Assembly (NCBI GenBank): GCA_963734545.1
Contig: CAVTHO010000008.1
Location: forward strand, 736,001-800,000
Length of the DNA: 64,000 nucleotides
Direction: 5' to 3'
Source: an uncultured Spirochaetota bacterium
GTDB taxonomy: Bacteria > Spirochaetota > Spirochaetia > SZUA-6 > Fen-1364
A model generated the notes under the pieces. The model saw only the letters and a program-made list of their open reading frames with translations, had not been told where the DNA came from and ran no database searches. Below, in pieces: positions 30,092 through 38,945 of this stretch (position 1 is the stretch's first letter; each line of letters opens with the position of its first letter). Made by a program: the position numbers and the translations under genes.

Positions 30092-31939
30092 GTGCCGCAG
30101 GAAGGCAATAACGTAAGCTGCCTGAATAGTCGGGCAATCATCGAATACATCCGAAGAAGAAACCCTGAGCGGCTTCCGGATCTCGTTGCCCGCCTGCCGG
30201 CGCCATGGTCAGGCATGACCGGACTGGAAGCCTATCTGTCTGACGAGAACAACTGGATCCCCAGCGGGCTCATCGTGACGCTGTTCGAAAGAGCGCGTGA
30301 GATCACCGGCAATCCCGACGTGGCGTTCGACGTGGGCTACGAGTCCATTGTGAACAGGGAGTTCGGCTACCTGCAAAGGATATTCCTGAAAATCTTCTCC
30401 TCCCACCGCCTGGTCCTGAGGCGGATAAACCAGCTCCAGACGAAGTGGAACCGCACGAAAATCGTGGAAGTCATCTATGAAGGCCCCGGCCGGGCAGTGA
30501 TGCGCTGGCACTGGCGGGAGGGCGTGATCTCCTCGAAGGATATCTGCTCGTACAACAAGGGCATCCACTGCGCGGTCCCGACCCTCTGGGGCCAGCCGCC
30601 GGCCAAGGCGGAGGAAAGCGCGTGCAGGTTCGAGGGACAGGCCTACTGCGAGGTCACATTCACCTGGAGCGTATCCTGGTGGAGGTTCGGAAGCCTCCTG
30701 TCCAGGATACTGACGCGCAAGTCCACTCTCTACAACGCGCTGCAGGAGATCGACAGAGACAAGACACTGCTCAAGCAGAAGTTCGACGAGCTTGCGCAGG
30801 TCAATCTCGAGCTCAGCAAGAAAGTGACCATGCTCAAGGCCATCAACAATGCCACGCGTGCAATCGTATCCGTGCCGGATACCCAGAAGGTGCTGGCGCA
30901 GACCATGACTCCCATCGTCGAGGTCTTCGGGTTCGATCGCGCCCTGATCATGCTGGTGGACGAAAAAGGGGAAAACCTCGAGTACCGCTACGGGGTGGGC
31001 GAATCGCCGATGGCGATGGACAAGTTGAACTCCTACCGCATCCCTCTCACCCGGGAACAGAACCTCATGATCCGCGTGCTGAAAAGGAAGCGGCCCGTGC
31101 TGATCCGGGACGTGAAGTCGTCCGGCTTGAATCCCACCAACAGGATACTTGCCGATTTCCGGCCCAGCTCGTTCATCATCTGTCCCTTGATCGCGGAAAA
31201 CGAGTCGATCGGCATCCTGGGGGCCGACAGGAGGGGGGACGAAAACAGGCTGACCCCGGACGACGCCGAGCTTCTCTCGATCTTCGCGAACAATATCGCC
31301 GTCGCCTTCATGCGGGCCCGGCTGGACGAGGAGGTGAAATCGAGCTACGTGAGCTCTGTGCGCGCCCTGGTAAAGGCCATCGAGGAAAAAGACACGTACA
31401 CGCGCGGCCACTCGGTACGCGTGGCGTGGATGGTGGTCGAGATCGCGAAGGCTCTCGGGCTGCCTGAATCTGAAATCGAGTATCTGAGCTTCGGCAGCAT
31501 CCTGCACGACGTGGGCAAGATCGGAATCCCGGAATCCATCGTGAAGAGCCCCAAGCTGCTGAGTGACGCCGAGTTCAGGATCATCAAGAAGCACCCGCTG
31601 AAAGGCGTGGAGATCCTGCAGCCGATCTCGTTCATCAAGAACCACATGTATCTCATCCGCAACCACCACGAGCGATGGGACGGCAAGGGCTACCCCGACG
31701 GTCTGGCGGGAAATGAGATCCCCCTCGGTGCGCAGATCGTGGCCATCGCGGATGCGTATGACGCCATGACCTCCTCCCGCCCCTACAGAAAGGGGATGCC
31801 CCCGCAGGAAGCAGCCCGCGAAATCCAGAACAACACAGGGACGCAATTCTCCAGCCAGGTTTCAGAGGCATTCCTGAAGGTCTTCGAAGAGGTAGTCCTT
31901 CCTCAGAATCTTAACGATCTCCCCAAAAAGCTTAATTAA
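30092..31939 (+). CDS. V4R/H-NOX-like sensor + coiled coil + GAF + HD-GYP cyclic-dinucleotide phosphodiesterase
   Basis: ExxC-x7-C V4R-type motif; GAF (FDRALIML...ICPLI...GILGAD); KDTYTRGHS, LHDVGK, HHERWDGKGYP, RPYR. Confidence 0.9.
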   Translation: MPQEGNNVSCLNSRAIIEYIRRRNPERLPDLVARLPAPWSGMTGLEAYLSDENNWIPSGLIVTLFERAREITGNPDVAFDVGYESIVNREFGYLQRIFLKIFSSHRLVLRRINQLQTKWNRTKIVEVIYEGPGRAVMRWHWREGVISSKDICSYNKGIHCAVPTLWGQPPAKAEESACRFEGQAYCEVTFTWSVSWWRFGSLLSRILTRKSTLYNALQEIDRDKTLLKQKFDELAQVNLELSKKVTMLKAINNATRAIVSVPDTQKVLAQTMTPIVEVFGFDRALIMLVDEKGENLEYRYGVGESPMAMDKLNSYRIPLTREQNLMIRVLKRKRPVLIRDVKSSGLNPTNRILADFRPSSFIICPLIAENESIGILGADRRGDENRLTPDDAELLSIFANNIAVAFMRARLDEEVKSSYVSSVRALVKAIEEKDTYTRGHSVRVAWMVVEIAKALGLPESEIEYLSFGSILHDVGKIGIPESIVKSPKLLSDAEFRIIKKHPLKGVEILQPISFIKNHMYLIRNHHERWDGKGYPDGLAGNEIPLGAQIVAIADAYDAMTSSRPYRKGMPPQEAAREIQNNTGTQFSSQVSEAFLKVFEEVVLPQNLNDLPKKLN

Positions 31940-32010
31940 TAAAATATAGCTTGCATCTCCATTCCATGTGTGATCGAATTCGCCTCAAAACAGGAAGAAC
32001 GCGCCGGCTT

Positions 32011-32063
32011 GCGCCGGGGCAATGCGCAGGCCCGCGCCGAGGAAATGCGCAGGCCCGCGCCGG
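32011..32063. repeat. 23-bp tandem repeat (about 2.3 copies)
   Basis: GCGCCG(G/A)GG(C/A)AATGCGCAGGCCC twice, then GCGCCGG. Confidence 0.75.
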
Positions 32064-32082
32064 GCGGATTCAGGAGGTCGGT

Positions 32083-32967
32083 ATGAAGCTCAAGGTGTCC
32101 GTGTTCTTTCAGTCTCCCCTTAATGTGTTTCTGTTCCGGCACATGAGCCCCAGAAATGCGCAGCGATACCTTCACGCCATCGGCTTTCTCTACTACCTGG
32201 TGAACCGGCGCGAAAAGCGGGTGATCGAACGCAGCGTGCGCGAGGTTCTTTCGTGCGAGGACGAGCACCGGATGCGCAGGCTGGTGCGGGACACCTTCAA
32301 AGGCATCTTCACGCACTACTTCGAGAAGATGTTCTCGGCATACAGGGAGTACGGCAGCGTGAGGAGATACATCGAGGAGCACTTCGAGGTGCAGGGCGCC
32401 GAGCTGATCCGGGAGGCCCTGGCAAAGGGAAAAGGATGCATCCTCGTGACGGCTCACTTCGGCGCGGTAGAGTTCATCCCCTGGCTCCTGCACCTTCTGG
32501 GCTTCCGCTCGAGCATCATCATCGAGTGCGCCACCGCGCGGCTGGCCAGGAGCCTGCAGGAAAAAGTCTCCACGCATGACTCCGAGCTCATCTCTTCGAA
32601 GTATGGCGGCTCCGTCTTTCTGCGCGCCCTCGAGTCCCTCCGGTCGAACCGGGTCCTGATGACCCAGTGCGACGAAGTGGACGCCTGGCGGAAACGCCGG
32701 AGCCATACCATCCAGCTCTTCGGCCGCGACCTCTACTTCGACAACACCATCGATGTGCTCTCCCACCGCTCGGGCGCGCCGGTCGTCGCGGCGTTTCTCA
32801 AGAGGTCGGAGGGGCACCGATACACGCTTATACTTGAGGATGTGTCCGTGCAGCGGACACCGGAGAGCACCGCGCGGGACTGCATGGAGCTGTGGCAGAA
32901 GTACGTCTCCCGCTACCCCGCGCAATGGTACCAGTGGAAGAAGTGGAGCGAGATGAAGACGGCCTAG
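32083..32967 (+). CDS. LpxL/HtrB-like lysophospholipid acyltransferase family protein
   Basis: ALAKGKGCILVTAHFGAVE (H-x4-E), ...YPAQWYQW C-terminus; GGAGG RBS. Confidence 0.88.
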   Translation: MKLKVSVFFQSPLNVFLFRHMSPRNAQRYLHAIGFLYYLVNRREKRVIERSVREVLSCEDEHRMRRLVRDTFKGIFTHYFEKMFSAYREYGSVRRYIEEHFEVQGAELIREALAKGKGCILVTAHFGAVEFIPWLLHLLGFRSSIIIECATARLARSLQEKVSTHDSELISSKYGGSVFLRALESLRSNRVLMTQCDEVDAWRKRRSHTIQLFGRDLYFDNTIDVLSHRSGAPVVAAFLKRSEGHRYTLILEDVSVQRTPESTARDCMELWQKYVSRYPAQWYQWKKWSEMKTA

Positions 32968-33100
32968 CGCGGCCGAAGGCCGCGCGGGAGGGGCCCCAGG
33001 GCGGCAGCCGTTGGAGCGCCGAAGGCGCGAAACGGCGGGAGCCCTGGGGAGCAAAGCCCGCGGAAGCGAGCCCGTCGGTAGACCTGCGGCCGCCTTACGG
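32967..33100 (+). repeat. Structured nested-hairpin element, copy A
   Basis: GAA-triloop hairpin, AGGGCGGCAG-CGTT..AAACG-CGGGAGCCC, CGCCTTACGG; related copy inverted at 37270-37373. Confidence 0.75.
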
Positions 33101-33129
33101 TGTATTTTCGCCTCACCCGGAGCCCGTAG

Positions 33130-33543
33130 ATGAAGTTCCACACACAGTACCTCACATTCACCACCCGCAAGGAACGGGAGTACATCAACATCACCGACAA
33201 GGTCGAGGAAGCCGTCCGGGCGAGCGGCTGCCGCGAAGGAATGGCCCTCGTGTCGGCGATGCACATCACCGCCGGGGTGTACGTGAATGATGCGGAACAG
33301 GGCCTGATTCAGGATATCGACGAATGGCTGGAAACCCTCGCGCCGCGCGGGCCTGATTACCGCCACCATCGCACCGGAGAGAGCAACGGCGACAGTCATT
33401 TGAAAAACCTGCTGATCGGCCACGAGGTGATTCTTCCCGTTACCGCGGGAAGGCTCGACCTCGGCCCCTGGCAGCAGGTGTACTACGCTGAGTTCGACGG
33501 CAGACGCCCCAAGCGGGTGATCATCAAGGTCATGGGAGAGTAG
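33130..33543 (+). CDS. yjbQ: YjbQ-family protein (secondary thiamine-phosphate synthase-like)
   Basis: HITAG, NGDSHLK, LGPWQ, EFDG.R. Confidence 0.92.
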   Translation: MKFHTQYLTFTTRKEREYINITDKVEEAVRASGCREGMALVSAMHITAGVYVNDAEQGLIQDIDEWLETLAPRGPDYRHHRTGESNGDSHLKNLLIGHEVILPVTAGRLDLGPWQQVYYAEFDGRRPKRVIIKVMGE

Positions 33544-33549
33544 GAAAAG

Positions 33550-34968
33550 GTGAAGGTGCTGAAGTTCGGCGGAAGCTCACTGGCGGACGGAGAACGCATC
33601 AAGAGCGTCACGGACATCGTTTTCGCTGAAGCGCAGGAGGGCCGGGTCGCCGTGGTGCTTTCCGCCATGAAAGGCGTCACCGACCTTCTCATCACGGCGG
33701 CGCGCAAGGCGGAAGAAGGATCGGACGACTTCAAGCTTGCCCTGGAGACGGTGCGCGCCCGGCACTTCGACGCGGTGCGCTTCCTGTTCGGGGCCGCGGA
33801 CCAGGCGACCGCTCTCACACCCCTGGCCATCATGTGCAACGAGCTGGAGGAGATCCTGCACGGAGTCGAGCTGATCAAGGAATGCTCGGCGCGAACCATG
33901 GACCTCGTCATGAGCTTCGGGGAAAGGCTCTCCTGCTGGCTGGTCGTAGACTACATGAATACGCGCCGCATGGGCGCGGAGCTGGTGGACGCGCGGGAGA
34001 TCGTCGTCACCGACGACAGGTTCGGCGCGGCCACTGTGAACTTCGACGCGAGCTACCCGCTCATCGAGAAAAGGGTGGCGGCGGCAAAGGGCATCCCGGT
34101 GATACCGGGATTCATCGGGGCCACGCCGAAAGGCGTCACCACCACGCTGGGCAGGAACGGATCCGACTATACGGCCTCGATCGTCGGGGCAGGCGCCCGG
34201 GCGGACGTCATCGAGATCTGGACGGATGTCGATGGAGTCCTCTCTGCCGATCCCCGCATCGTGCCCGAGGCATTCGTGATCCCTGAGATCAGCTACGAGG
34301 AGGCCATGGAGCTGTCCTATTTCGGGGCAAAGGTCATTCACCCGTTCACCATGGTGCCTGCCGTGGAGAAGAACATCCCCCTTCTCATCAAGAACAGTCT
34401 CAATCCCGGCGCGCCGGGAACGCGGATCGCCGCGGGGAGCGTCGTACGGCGGGAGGGGGACAGGCCCATCACCGGCATCGCCTCCATCGAAGGGATCTCG
34501 CTGGTCAATATCGAGGGCGGCGGCATGATGGGCATCCCCGGATTCGCGGCCCGGGTGTTTTCCGTCCTGGCCCGGGAAGGGATCAATATCATCATGATCT
34601 CCCAGGCGTCGTCCGAGCATACCATCTGCCTGGTGTTCCGCACGGAGGAAGGGGAGCGCGCGCTCGTCTCTCTCACCCATGAGCTCGCGCGCGAGCTGGA
34701 GAGCCGGCGCATCGAACGCTTCGAGCTTCTCCGCGATCTCCTGGTGGTGTCGGTGATCGGGGAAAACATGCACGGCACGCCGGGCATGGCCGGACGTCTC
34801 TTCAGCGCCCTGGGCCAGGCGGGGATCAATGTCCTGGTGATTGCGCAGGGATCCTCGGAGCGAAACATCTCCTGCGTGATCGAAGAGAAGAACCACGCGC
34901 TTGCGCTGCGCACGATCCACTCGGCCTTCCTGGACGGCCGGGCCCCGCGCGGCCGACGGTCCTCATGA
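33550..34968 (+). CDS. lysC: Aspartate kinase with two ACT domains
   Basis: LKFGGSS, SFGERLS, TTLGRNGSDY, WTDVDG, ELSYFGAKVIHP, QASSE, QGSSE. Confidence 0.92.
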   Translation: MKVLKFGGSSLADGERIKSVTDIVFAEAQEGRVAVVLSAMKGVTDLLITAARKAEEGSDDFKLALETVRARHFDAVRFLFGAADQATALTPLAIMCNELEEILHGVELIKECSARTMDLVMSFGERLSCWLVVDYMNTRRMGAELVDAREIVVTDDRFGAATVNFDASYPLIEKRVAAAKGIPVIPGFIGATPKGVTTTLGRNGSDYTASIVGAGARADVIEIWTDVDGVLSADPRIVPEAFVIPEISYEEAMELSYFGAKVIHPFTMVPAVEKNIPLLIKNSLNPGAPGTRIAAGSVVRREGDRPITGIASIEGISLVNIEGGGMMGIPGFAARVFSVLAREGINIIMISQASSEHTICLVFRTEEGERALVSLTHELARELESRRIERFELLRDLLVVSVIGENMHGTPGMAGRLFSALGQAGINVLVIAQGSSERNISCVIEEKNHALALRTIHSAFLDGRAPRGRRSS

Positions 34969-35960
34969 TCACGCCCCCCGGCGCGAATGCGCGCCCTTCC
35001 CCCGCGCGCATCTCCGTGTTCGCCCCGGCGACCGTGGCGAACGTTGCCTCGGGTTTCGACGTGCTGGGATTCGCGCTGGAGAACCCGGGGGACGCGGTCA
35101 CCGTCGCGCGTGTTCCAGGCCGCGCGGTATCCGTCGTTTCCATCAAGGGAGACGGCGGCAAGCTCCCCCGGGATCCGCTGAAGAACACCGCGGCCGTGGC
35201 CGTGGGCGGCTTCCTGGCAGAGATCGGGTTCCCGTTCGGTGTGGAGATCTCCCTGGAAAAGAGGATGCCGCTGAGCTCGGGGCTCGGCAGCTCCGCGGCG
35301 AGCGCGGTGGCGGCGGTGTACGCGGCGAATCTCCTCGCCGGAAGCCCGCTCTCCCGGCGCGCGCTCCTGCCCTTTACCATGGAGGCCGAAAGGGCCGCCT
35401 GCGGATCGGCACACGCGGACAACGTGGCGCCGTCGCTGCTGGGCGGCTTCGTGCTCATCAGGAGCTATGAGCCCCTGGACGTCGTGCAGCTGCCCGTGCC
35501 GCTGGGACTGTCGTGCGCGGTGGCTCACCCGCACGCGGAGCTCCGCACCGAGGACGCGCGGCGGATTCTCAAGAAGGAGATCCGGCTCTCCGACGCCATC
35601 CGGCAGTGGGGGAACCTCGCGGCCCTGGTCGCGGCGCTCTACAGCGGCGACCTCGCGCTCCTCGGCCGCTCGCTTCAGGACGTGGTGGCCGAGCCCGCGC
35701 GCTCCATGCTCATCCCCGGGTTCGCCTCCGTGAAAGCGGCGGCGCTGTCAGCCGGGGCCCTGGGCTGCTCCATATCAGGATCCGGCCCCTCGGTCTTCGC
35801 CCTGTGCGCGACGACCGAGGAATCCTCGCGGGCCGGGGACGCCATGGTCGGCGCATTCAAGAAGGCCGGCCTGGCCTGCGACCTGTACGTCTCGGCGGTG
35901 AACACGAAGGGACCCGTTGTGATCGACCCGCAGGATCACGGGGAGGAATCGGCATCGTGA
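34965..35960 (+). CDS. thrB: Homoserine kinase
   Basis: APATVANVASGFDVLG, PLSSGLGSSAAS, HADNVAP, ISGSGPS. Confidence 0.95.
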   Translation: MITPPGANARPSPARISVFAPATVANVASGFDVLGFALENPGDAVTVARVPGRAVSVVSIKGDGGKLPRDPLKNTAAVAVGGFLAEIGFPFGVEISLEKRMPLSSGLGSSAASAVAAVYAANLLAGSPLSRRALLPFTMEAERAACGSAHADNVAPSLLGGFVLIRSYEPLDVVQLPVPLGLSCAVAHPHAELRTEDARRILKKEIRLSDAIRQWGNLAALVAALYSGDLALLGRSLQDVVAEPARSMLIPGFASVKAAALSAGALGCSISGSGPSVFALCATTEESSRAGDAMVGAFKKAGLACDLYVSAVNTKGPVVIDPQDHGEESAS

Positions 35961-37265
35961 GGTTTTCCACCCGGGCGCACCCGGAGAAGAGCGTGAGCTT
36001 CCGCGAGGCTCTGTTCGCCGGCCTCGCTCCGGACGGCGGTTTGTATCACCCGACGGAGCCCCCGGACCTCGCTTCCCTCTTCGCGCGCTTCGATGACTCC
36101 ATACCCTTTCCGGATGTCGCCGCGGCAGTGTGCGCCGCCCTCGTGTCCCCGGAGCTCGACGGAGCGCGCGCGCGAAGGATCGCCGAGCGCGCATTCACGT
36201 TCGCTCCGGTTCTGCGGCGCCTCGACCCTCGCCTCCTCCTGCTGGAGCTGTTCCACGGGCCCACCTGCGCCTTCAAGGACTTCGGCGCCCAGTTCCTGGC
36301 CGCAGTCATGGAAGACTTCCTCGGCGAAGACAACCGGCGCATCCAGATCCTCGTTGCCACCTCCGGCGACACGGGAAGCGCGGTCGCGCACGCCTTTCAC
36401 GGCCGGGCCAACATCGACGTGGTGATCCTCTACCCGTCCGGCAGGGTAAGCGAGCTGCAGGAAAAGCAGCTGACGACCCTGGGCGGGAACGTGCACGCCC
36501 TGGAAGTAAAAGGAAGCTTCGATGACTGCCAGCGCCTGGTCAAGGAAGCCTTCAAGGACAGGACACTCGGGGCGAAGCTCCACCTCACCTCGGCCAACTC
36601 CATCAATATCGGACGGCTCCTTCCCCAGTGCATCTATTACGTGTTCGCCGCCACCCGCCGGGCCGCAGATCGGCAGGGAGTCACCGACGATATGCGTCCC
36701 CAGCGGGAACTTCGGCAACCTGACCGCGGGCATCTACGCGTGGCGGTGGGGCCTGCCCGTGCGGGGATTCATCGCGGCCACCAATGTGAACGACGTGGTC
36801 CCCCTCTATCTGGCAAGCGGGAGATTCACCCCCCGTCCGTCCGCGCAGACCCTGTCCAACGCGATGGACGTGGGAAACCCGAGCAACTTCGAGCGGCTGG
36901 AGGCGCTTTTCCGGGGTGACTGGAAAGAAATGGCTTCGATGATCGAGGGGCGCGCGGTAAGCGACGCGCGGACAACGGAAACCATGCGCAGGATCTACAC
37001 GGAGCACGGCGTTCTCGTCGATCCCCATACGGCAGTGGGATGCGCCGCTGCATGGGACCATGGAACAGACGGCCATGGCGAGCAGGTGATAGTATTGTCC
37101 ACTGCTCACCCGGGCAAGTTCAGCGATATCGTTCTGCACGCCACGGGGGCGACACCCTCTCTGCCCGAAAGGCTTGCCCGCTGCCTTTCGCTTCCCAAGC
37201 AGTCGCATCTTCTGGGAACAACTCTCCCGGAGCTCTCGGAGTTCCTTCTGGATTCCTTCGGGTAG
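35957..37265 (+). CDS. thrC: Threonine synthase (frameshift near 36660)
   Basis: GLAPDGGL, ELFHGPTCAFKD, ATSGDTG, VPSGNFGN, DPHTA, TAHPGKF. Confidence 0.95.
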
Positions 37266-37269
37266 GAGT

Positions 37270-37373
37270 CCGTAAGGCGATGGCAAGCAAAAAACAGCGA
37301 AGTCCGCGCGTGGGCTCCCGTCGTTTGCTCCGCAAACGCCTGCCGCCCTACGGATAGCCGCGCTTCGCGCGGC
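37270..37373 (-). repeat. Structured nested-hairpin element, copy B (inverted relative to A)
   Basis: Minus strand: GCCGCGC-GAA-GCGCGGC, AGGGCGGCAGGCGTTTGCGGAGCAAACGACGGGAGCCC ... CGCCTTACGG. Confidence 0.75.
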
Positions 37374-37383
37374 GCGGGTTGGC

Positions 37384-38481
37384 TCAGCGTCTGGCCCTGG
37401 CCCTCTGTCGGCGCAGCTTCTCCACGATGAAGGGATTGCCTCTGTCGCGCTGCCACGCCTTGTAGATGCGGCACGCCTCGTAATAGCCCTCCTCGCCCGC
37501 ATAGGAGGAGGAAGCGTCAGCCCGGTAGAGCTCGAGGAGCAGCGGAAAAATCGGCGAGGCAAGGATCTTGTCGGTCCGGAACGAGGGAAGCGTTTTCAGC
37601 GCCGGGGGCATCATGTGATAGCGCACGAGGAATTCGACAGACTCGATGAGCGGATCGGGAAAGCCCAGCCGCCGCAGGAAGCGCACGGCGATCCGTGCCC
37701 CGATTTCTGCATGTCCGTCAAAGCGCTTTTCCCCTCCGCCCTCTGCATCCGGTTTCCCGCAGTCATGCAGGAGAAGGGCGAGCGACAAGGTCAGGTCGGG
37801 GTGCTTCCTGTACTCAAGGGTGGCGAGGGTATGCTCCCAGACGTTTCCCTCGGGATGAAAGTCCTTCCCATGACGCACGGTGGACATGGCGGCGAGCTCC
37901 GGCCACGCTTCCGCCACGAACCCGGCCGAGTCCAGGAGCGCGAGACCCTTTTCCGAGTGCCGCGAGCCGAGGAGCCCCATGAGGAGGTCCCTCTGGTAAG
38001 CGGGAGGCGGCAGCTCATCGCCCTTGTCCCATCCCAGGGACGGCCCGTCCGCAGAATAATGGTAGCGGGAGACCAGCCGCGCAGCCTCGCAGAGCGGCAG
38101 CCATCGGGGAGAGGAGTCCGAATGCCCGGAGAGGGTGGGCGCGCGCAGATCGGGATAGACATCGAGCTTGTCGATAAAGGCGTTGCGTCCCGGATCGTAC
38201 AGCAGCCGCAGAACGGTGAATGGCGCTGTGGGCGGTTCGGACAGGGAGTCCACGCATCGAAACACGAGACGGTCGCCCCCGTTCTGGACAGCGGCATCTT
38301 CCAGGGGAAGGCCGGGGAACTGCAGGTCATCGAACGCCTTGGCAAGGGAAACGATGGAGGAGTCCGTGGCGAGGTACAGGGGGCCGGATTCGCGCACCCG
38401 GAAGTACCTGTCCAGCGAGGAATAGCCGCAAAGGAGGTAGGGGATGTTCTCTTCCTTCAGCCGTTCAAGCGCATTCGTCAT
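37384..38481 (-). CDS. HD-domain protein with a degenerate CCA-adding/poly(A) polymerase-like N-terminus
   Basis: FHPEGNVWEHT, LLHDCGKP, FDGHAEIGA, LVRYHM; N-terminal nucleotidyltransferase motif is eroded. Confidence 0.85.
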   Translation of the reverse strand: MTNALERLKEENIPYLLCGYSSLDRYFRVRESGPLYLATDSSIVSLAKAFDDLQFPGLPLEDAAVQNGGDRLVFRCVDSLSEPPTAPFTVLRLLYDPGRNAFIDKLDVYPDLRAPTLSGHSDSSPRWLPLCEAARLVSRYHYSADGPSLGWDKGDELPPPAYQRDLLMGLLGSRHSEKGLALLDSAGFVAEAWPELAAMSTVRHGKDFHPEGNVWEHTLATLEYRKHPDLTLSLALLLHDCGKPDAEGGGEKRFDGHAEIGARIAVRFLRRLGFPDPLIESVEFLVRYHMMPPALKTLPSFRTDKILASPIFPLLLELYRADASSSYAGEEGYYEACRIYKAWQRDRGNPFIVEKLRRQRARARR

Positions 38482-38602
38482 TTCAATCCCCTCTCACCGG
38501 GAGCCGGAAAACTTATGGTACTCACAACCGGGGATTTCGTCCACTCGACAACTCCCGGTTTTTGAACTACAATGAAGTGTAGATCAGGCAAGGAGACAGA
38601 GA

Positions 38603-38821
38603 ATGACAGCGATTGTTTGTGATATCTGCAAGAAGGCCGTGCCCGCTGCCCGCAGGGATCAGAACTACTTCACGATCCTCGACAAGGACATCTGCGAGTC
38701 CTGCCATGACGAGCTCAGGGACGCCACCAAGGCGCAGATGCGCGCCCGGCCCCCGTATCATTTCAAGGACTACCAGGACAATCTGGCGCGCAACCTCGGC
38801 AGCATGGTCGGCCGCCGGTAG
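38603..38821 (+). CDS. Small CxxC...CxxC zinc-binding hypothetical protein
   Basis: CDIC and CESC; AGGAG RBS. Confidence 0.75.
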   Translation: MTAIVCDICKKAVPAARRDQNYFTILDKDICESCHDELRDATKAQMRARPPYHFKDYQDNLARNLGSMVGRR

Positions 38822-38832
38822 GCCGGGGGGCT

Positions 38833-38945
38833 CACGCCGGCCGCCGTATTCGGCGGCATTCACGCCGGCCACGATACTCCGTGGCATTTGCGCCGGCCGC
38901 CGTATTCGGCGGCATTCATGCCGGCCACGGCGTCCCATGGAATTC
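38833..38945. repeat. Four tandem 28-29-bp palindromic units in ABAB order
   Basis: GCCGGCCGCCGTATTCGGCGGCATT alternating with GCCGGCCACG...C(G/A)TGG(C/A)ATT; lies between convergent genes. Confidence 0.85.

Noticed and set aside
32967-33129. T-box, riboswitch or thr attenuator upstream of yjbQ-thr
   Set aside because: No T-box motif, no Thr/Ile-rich leader peptide and no terminator; a related copy lies inverted downstream, which favours a repeat element
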